A program made the translations under genes and the position numbers. The notes beneath the pieces are model-generated. The model did not search any database. It saw nothing but the letters and a program-made list of their open reading frames with translations, and was not told the DNA's origin. This document shows positions 59,061-64,000 of a stretch of DNA of 64,000 nt, piece by piece. The stretch comes from an uncultured Sphaerobacteraceae bacterium (GTDB taxonomy: Bacteria; Chloroflexota; Chloroflexia; Thermomicrobiales; UBA6265): assembly GCA_964371945.1 (NCBI GenBank), contig CAYJPA010000023.1, positions 37 to 64,036 of the forward strand. The letters are read 5' to 3'. Within the stretch, counting starts at the first letter, position 1; each line of letters starts with the position of its first letter.

Positions 59061-60260
59061 ATGTCAACCACACCCGCTCCGACCACCAAACCCGGCGGCA
59101 TCGGAACTCGGTCGCTGCTGATGTTTGCAATTCCGATCGTGTTGCTCGCCGGAGTGATCGCTCTTTTCGCACTTACCGACGGCGCGGGCCTCAATGTCGA
59201 GCCGGCGGCGCCAATTGAAACAGTCACCTTTCAGCGGACGGTGCTCAATCCGGGCGAGATCGTGCTCCATGTCCGGAACACCAGCCAGGAAGAAGTGACG
59301 ATCGCCCAGCTCAACATCAATGATGCGATCTGGCCGTTCACAATCTCGAAGTCGCCAATTCCTCGTCTTTCGGAAGCGACCGTGAAGTTGAGCTATCCAT
59401 GGGTAGAAGCCGAGGCCTATTCGATCACGCTGTTCTCTTCGAACTCAGTCGGATTCGCGACCGCGATCGATGTCGCCACCGAAACCCCGGGTGTAACGAG
59501 TAGTGCCTTCTGGAAATTCACATTGGTCGGGTTCTACGTCGGGATCATCCCAATCGTGCTGGGCGTGTTGTGGCTGCCGGTGCTGCGGCAGATCGGCTCC
59601 AGGACAATGCTGTTCCTGATGGCGGGCACGGTTGGTCTTTTGCTCTACCTGGGGGTCGACGCGACGGTCGAGGCGCTCGAACAAGCGGGCGAATTGGGCG
59701 GACCGTTCCAGGGAACAGGCATCGTTGCGATCGGGATCGTTGCCACCATTCTGCTGCTCGATGCGATCGGGCGTCGTCCGACCGGCTCCGCCGGCACCGG
59801 GGCAAGCGCGAGGATGTCGTTTGCCTGGTTGATCGCGACCGGTATCGGCTTGCACAACCTGGGTGAGGGATTGGCGATCGGCGCGGCCTACGCGGTCGGC
59901 GCGGCATCATTGGGAACCTTTCTGGTGATCGGCTTCATCATTCAAAACGTGACCGAGGGGTTGGGAATCGTCATCCCGATCGCGAAAGATCGTCCAAGTC
60001 TCCGAAACCTCGCATTGCTGAGTCTTGCCGGCGGCGCGCCGGCCATCTTCGGAGCCTGGATCGGCGGTTTTATCACCGCGCCGGCACTTTCCGTGCTCTT
60101 CTTGGCCATCGGCGCGGGCGCCGTTTTCCAGGTCGCGTATGCGATCGGCAAAAAGCTCGTGTGGGGTACCGAAGGATCGAAAGCAATGCCCTACACGGCG
60201 TTTGCCGGGGTTACCGCGGGTATGCTCGCGCTGTATGTCACCGGCGTGCTCATCAAATAG
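59061..60260 (+). CDS. ZIP family metal transporter with N-terminal extracytoplasmic domain
   Basis: GIGLHNLGEGLAIG (TM4) and QNVTEG (TM5); soluble beta-domain between the first TM and the core. Confidence 0.9.
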   Translation: MSTTPAPTTKPGGIGTRSLLMFAIPIVLLAGVIALFALTDGAGLNVEPAAPIETVTFQRTVLNPGEIVLHVRNTSQEEVTIAQLNINDAIWPFTISKSPIPRLSEATVKLSYPWVEAEAYSITLFSSNSVGFATAIDVATETPGVTSSAFWKFTLVGFYVGIIPIVLGVLWLPVLRQIGSRTMLFLMAGTVGLLLYLGVDATVEALEQAGELGGPFQGTGIVAIGIVATILLLDAIGRRPTGSAGTGASARMSFAWLIATGIGLHNLGEGLAIGAAYAVGAASLGTFLVIGFIIQNVTEGLGIVIPIAKDRPSLRNLALLSLAGGAPAIFGAWIGGFITAPALSVLFLAIGAGAVFQVAYAIGKKLVWGTEGSKAMPYTAFAGVTAGMLALYVTGVLIK

Positions 60261-60338
60261 CAAGTGATCTCACGTGCCTCGTCATCTGACATCGTAGATG
60301 ACGAAGCACTGGTTCTTGGAAAGTCCCCTTTCTCCACT

Positions 60339-60761
60339 ATGGATTCGGAATCGAGATCTGCACTTTGGACGCGGCGCAATGTGCTGAGAGCACTGGGTGG
60401 CCTCGTCACACTTTTGGCAGCTGGAACGTTGACTGCGCGCGGGGGAGCGTCGGCCAAGGGCAAGACCGTCAAGATGGCCAAAGAAATGACGTTCGAGCCA
60501 GCGTTGCTCACGATCAAGGTAGGCGATTCGGTCACCTGGACAAACGACAACGATATGGTTCACACGGCAACCGCGGACCCAAGCAAAGTCCGCGACGCGA
60601 CGCTGATCGAGATTCCGGCGGGTGCGCAACCCTGGGACTCGGGGTACGTCGGCCGCGGGCAATCGTGGAAATACACGTTTATGACCCCAGGAACGTATCG
60701 CTATGTTTGTGTGCCGCATGTGATCGTGGGCATGACCGGGCAAATTACGGTCGAGCCATAA
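60339..60761 (+). CDS. Tat-exported plastocyanin/azurin-like cupredoxin
   Basis: TRRNVL Tat signal; HTAT and YVCVPHVIVGM type-1 Cu ligands. Confidence 0.9.
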   Translation: MDSESRSALWTRRNVLRALGGLVTLLAAGTLTARGGASAKGKTVKMAKEMTFEPALLTIKVGDSVTWTNDNDMVHTATADPSKVRDATLIEIPAGAQPWDSGYVGRGQSWKYTFMTPGTYRYVCVPHVIVGMTGQITVEP

Positions 60762-60769
60762 CAACAGAA

Positions 60770-61714
60770 TCAGGCGAAGGTTTTGCGGTAATCGATCGAT
60801 TCGCTGGTGACCACGAAGCCAAGGCGCTCGTAGAGACGGTTGGCTCCGGTCGGGCTGGCCGCGTCGACCTTGAGCGAAACTTCCGCGCCGCCGTAGTCTC
60901 TGACCTGCGCGATCGTGTGGCGTAGCAGCCATTCCGCGAGCCCACGTTTGCGGTGATCGCGATGCGTTCCGATCAGATCGATATGCCAGTCGACGACTCC
61001 AGTGGAGTCAACTCTCTTGTCGACGATGCTGAATGCGGCGAGTGCTCCGTTCCCCGTTTCGATCACCAGGTCGAATTCGGGCAGATAGTCGTCGGCCGAG
61101 AGCGATTGCACTCGATCCTCGCGCACGATCGGATGAAAGTCGTAGTGATCCTGAAACGCGTTGACGTAGAGATCCAGCCAGGCATCGATCTCCGACTCGC
61201 CTTTGAACTGACGCAACCGATATCCGGCAAGTGGCAGCGGTTTCGACGCTGCTTCTGTGATCGGACGCTTCATCATGTGGAATACGCGATCGATCGTATA
61301 GCCGCGCCGTTCCAACAAGGCAATCCGTCTATCGGATCCTCTCTTCGCTGACGCTTCGATCTGGAACCCGCTGCCGAACCGCTCCGCCGCGGCTCGTTCT
61401 GCCCAGGTGAGCACGTCGCCGGCAAGTTCAGTGGTCTCCTCGTCCGGGTGAATATGCAGGCGCAGATATGCGATCGGGTCTCTTGAATGCTCCTCTGAAA
61501 TGCGACTATCGCCCAGCACTACCAGCCGGCCGTCGCGTTCCCAGAGTTACAGATCCCGGCTCCAACCTGGCCGCGATTGAAGGTAAGCCATGCGAAGCCG
61601 CTCGCGAGATGCTGGAAAGAAGCTCGGTTCGTGGGTTTCGATCGCGAGCCTCAACTCGACGACCGCTTCGATGTCGGACTCACCATTGAAGGAACGGAGT
61701 GTGTACTTGCTCAC
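60770..61714 (-). pseudogene. Tandem-domain GNAT acetyltransferase with internal TAA (61547-61549)
   Basis: GTG 61714 MSKYTLRSF...WSRDL*LWERDGRLVVLG... is continuous in frame with ORF 60770..61519 (HRDHRKRGLA, NRLYERLGF). Confidence 0.7.
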
Positions 61715-61788
61715 TAATGCACATCCAACCGGACACGAAACGGGCGGATTGAAACAGCTCGCCCGTCGTTCACACGAGTGACAATCGG

Positions 61789-62892
61789 TTACCGGGCGAC
61801 CGGCTTCAGCATGATGGTCGGTTTGCGTGGTTTGCGCGCGGCCTCGACGCTCAGCCGTCCGGCAATTCGCTGCGCGGCGCTTTCGAAGGCGAGCGCGGTG
61901 ATTGAGGTCGGGTGCGATGCAACGACTGGAGTGCCCTCGTCGCCTCCGGCGCGGACGACCGCTTCGACCGGAATCTGGCCGAGGAGCTCGACTTCGTTCT
62001 CCTCGGCGATCCGCTGTCCGCCGCCACTCCCGAAGATGTCGTGGATCGTGTTGCAGTTGGGGCAAACGAATCCGCTCATGTTCTCAACGATGCCCAGAAT
62101 CGGCGTCTTCACCTCCTGGAACATCTTGAGACCCTTTTTAGCATCGGCCAGGGCGACGTCCTGCGGCGTGGTCACGATCACAGCGCCGGAGATCGGGATC
62201 TTTTGCACCAGCGTGAGCTGCACATCGCCGGTGCCGGGCGGCAGGTCGAGAACGAGATAGTCGAGGTTGCCCCATTCGACATCGTTTAGAAACTGGTTGA
62301 TGAGCTGGGCAACCAGCGGTCCTCGCCAAATCAGGGCCTTGTCCGGGTCGAGAATGAAGCCGATGCTCATCAGCTTCACGCCGTACGCCTCGAGCGGAAC
62401 GATCTTGTTGTTGCGCATCATTGGCTTGTCGCGCACGCCCATCATCAGCGGAATGCTCGGTCCGTAAACATCGGTGTCGAGCAATCCGACCGACGCGCCG
62501 GCCTTCGCCAGGGCGACCGCAATGTTGACCGCGACGGTCGACTTGCCCACGCCACCCTTGCCCGATGCGACGGCGATCGTGTTCTTGACGCCGGAGATCG
62601 GCTGCGCGTCGGTTCGACCGCCTGAGCTTGCCCGGACGCGCGATGTCCATTTGAAGTCGACCTCACCGAGATCGGGGATGGCTGACACGGCCTCACGTAA
62701 GTCGTCAGCGATCTTCCCGCGCAGCGGGCATGCCGGCGTGGTGAGCTCCACATGGATGGTGATGTTGCGGCCGTCAATGGTGATATTGGGGATCATCTGC
62801 AATTCGACCAAGCTTCGCCCGATCTCAGGATCGTTGACCGGCCGGATGATCTCGATGATCTGGTCTTTGGAGAGCTCTGAAATGGTTTGCAT
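61789..62892 (-). CDS. apbC: Mrp/NBP35 iron-sulfur cluster carrier ATPase with N-terminal DUF59 domain
   Basis: VNDPEI, LTTPACPL, SGKGGVGKST, WRGP, DLPPGTGD, ENMS.F.CP.C. Confidence 0.93.
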   Translation of the reverse strand: MQTISELSKDQIIEIIRPVNDPEIGRSLVELQMIPNITIDGRNITIHVELTTPACPLRGKIADDLREAVSAIPDLGEVDFKWTSRVRASSGGRTDAQPISGVKNTIAVASGKGGVGKSTVAVNIAVALAKAGASVGLLDTDVYGPSIPLMMGVRDKPMMRNNKIVPLEAYGVKLMSIGFILDPDKALIWRGPLVAQLINQFLNDVEWGNLDYLVLDLPPGTGDVQLTLVQKIPISGAVIVTTPQDVALADAKKGLKMFQEVKTPILGIVENMSGFVCPNCNTIHDIFGSGGGQRIAEENEVELLGQIPVEAVVRAGGDEGTPVVASHPTSITALAFESAAQRIAGRLSVEAARKPRKPTIMLKPVAR

Positions 62893-62992
62893 GAAGTGTC
62901 CTCAGATGTAGATAACATAGCGGAACAATCGGTGGCAGCAGCACAAGCTATTGCATGACTTCCGACTCGGAAGTGTACAACCTGAAGTCGAG

Positions 62993-64000
62993 CTACCCGG
63001 TCGGAATAGTCGTTTTCGCGCTCTCTGATTCTGGCGCGGCGGCCGGAGTTTTGCGGGCACGCACGCGCCACGGATGGTCATCCTCGATCCAGATCCGTTC
63101 GATCACCGGGATCGCGGCCGCGATCGGCAAAGCGAGCAGAACACCAGCGATTCCCAGCAGTTCTCCACCAATGAGTACCGCCAAAAGCACCGCGAACGAC
63201 GAAATCTGCAGAGTATTCTTATAGACCCGCGGGACGATGATGTAATTTTCGATCTGTTGATAAATCAAATACGAGACAAAGACGATCAAGGCCGCGGTTG
63301 GGGAGACGCTGAACGCCAGCAGCACCGCGGGCACGGTGGCGATCAGTACACCCGCGATCGGAATCGCATCGGCGAACGCGGCGACAATCGCCAAGAAGAG
63401 GGCCTGAGGTACGTCGAGCGCGGTTAGCACCAAGAACGTGAATCCACCGAACAAAAGGGATGTAAAAAGCTGTCCCGCGACGTAGCCACTAACAACGGTG
63501 CTGACTTCCGGTATCGCGCGATCCATCTTTTCGCGTTGTGGGGCCGGCAGATAGCGAACCAGCCAATCGTAGATGCGCTCGCCATCGACCAGGATGTAGA
63601 TTGCTAGCACGAGGACGATCAGGAAGTTGCTGATCGCCCCGATCAGTCCAGCGCCGACCGAAAGGAACCCGCCGAAAATTGCGGCTGGATCAGCGGAGCC
63701 GCGTTGGGCCGCGCTCTGGAGCCGCTCGTAGATGTCGGGGTTTTTGCTGAGTAGTCGTTGCGCGTCTTCAACGTAGTTGGGTAATTCGGTGGCGAAATCG
63801 CGGCCGTCGTCGATCAGCGGTGGAACCACGATTCCGAGCAAAAGCAAAACCGCGGCAATCAGAGTGAGAAAGACAACGCCGACCGCGACCGGCCGTTTCA
63901 TTCCTCGTTTCTCGAGCCAGCGAACGGGAGGATAGACCGCGGCTGCAACAAGCAGTGCGATGAAGAGCAGGAGAAGAATCGACCAGAGCCTGGTTAGCAG
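62993..64000 (-). CDS. AI-2E family transporter (5' end beyond window)
   Basis: YQQIENYIIVPRV, GGELLGIAGVLLALP; the reading frame is open to the window edge. Confidence 0.92.
   Translation of the reverse strand: MLTRLWSILLLLFIALLVAAAVYPPVRWLEKRGMKRPVAVGVVFLTLIAAVLLLLGIVVPPLIDDGRDFATELPNYVEDAQRLLSKNPDIYERLQSAAQRGSADPAAIFGGFLSVGAGLIGAISNFLIVLVLAIYILVDGERIYDWLVRYLPAPQREKMDRAIPEVSTVVSGYVAGQLFTSLLFGGFTFLVLTALDVPQALFLAIVAAFADAIPIAGVLIATVPAVLLAFSVSPTAALIVFVSYLIYQQIENYIIVPRVYKNTLQISSFAVLLAVLIGGELLGIAGVLLALPIAAAIPVIERIWIEDDHPWRVRARKTPAAAPESESAKTTIPTG

Noticed and set aside
48281-61714. Alternative genetic code explaining in-frame stops
   Set aside because: All three stop codons occur as internal lesions and also terminate intact genes normally; frameshifts co-occur.

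Overview
Chromosomal, GC-rich, gene-dense bacterial DNA, most likely Chloroflexota (Thermomicrobiales-like). This is inferred from family content such as the YxPETGH-type cell-wall repeats, a DUF2171/PRC-like fragment and Tat-secreted Cys-paired surface proteins, not from a marker gene. No rRNA, tRNA, CRISPR array, integrase or transposase was recognised. The window holds about 60 intact CDS, including housekeeping genes (dapF, nudC, nadC, metY, ilvE, apbC/mrp, cinA-like). It has a same-strand copper/disulfide envelope cluster (CopC, CopC-CopD-YtkA-cytochrome c fusion, DsbA, VKOR) and a Tat two-domain multicopper oxidase-ZIP-cupredoxin operon behind a DtxR-like operator, with a Mn-type DtxR regulator 17 kb away. 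It also has three Tad minor pilins, three toxin-antitoxin loci (one intact, two broken) and GTAG-footed REP-like hairpins. An orphan gene of the phage-type thymidine-hypermodification family (aGPT-PPlase1 / 5-hmdU kinase helical domain) lies convergent with the intact TA pair. About eight genes appear disrupted (frameshifts, nonsense codons, a lost start), several of them invisible or split in the ORF track. All product calls come from motif recognition by eye; no database search was run.
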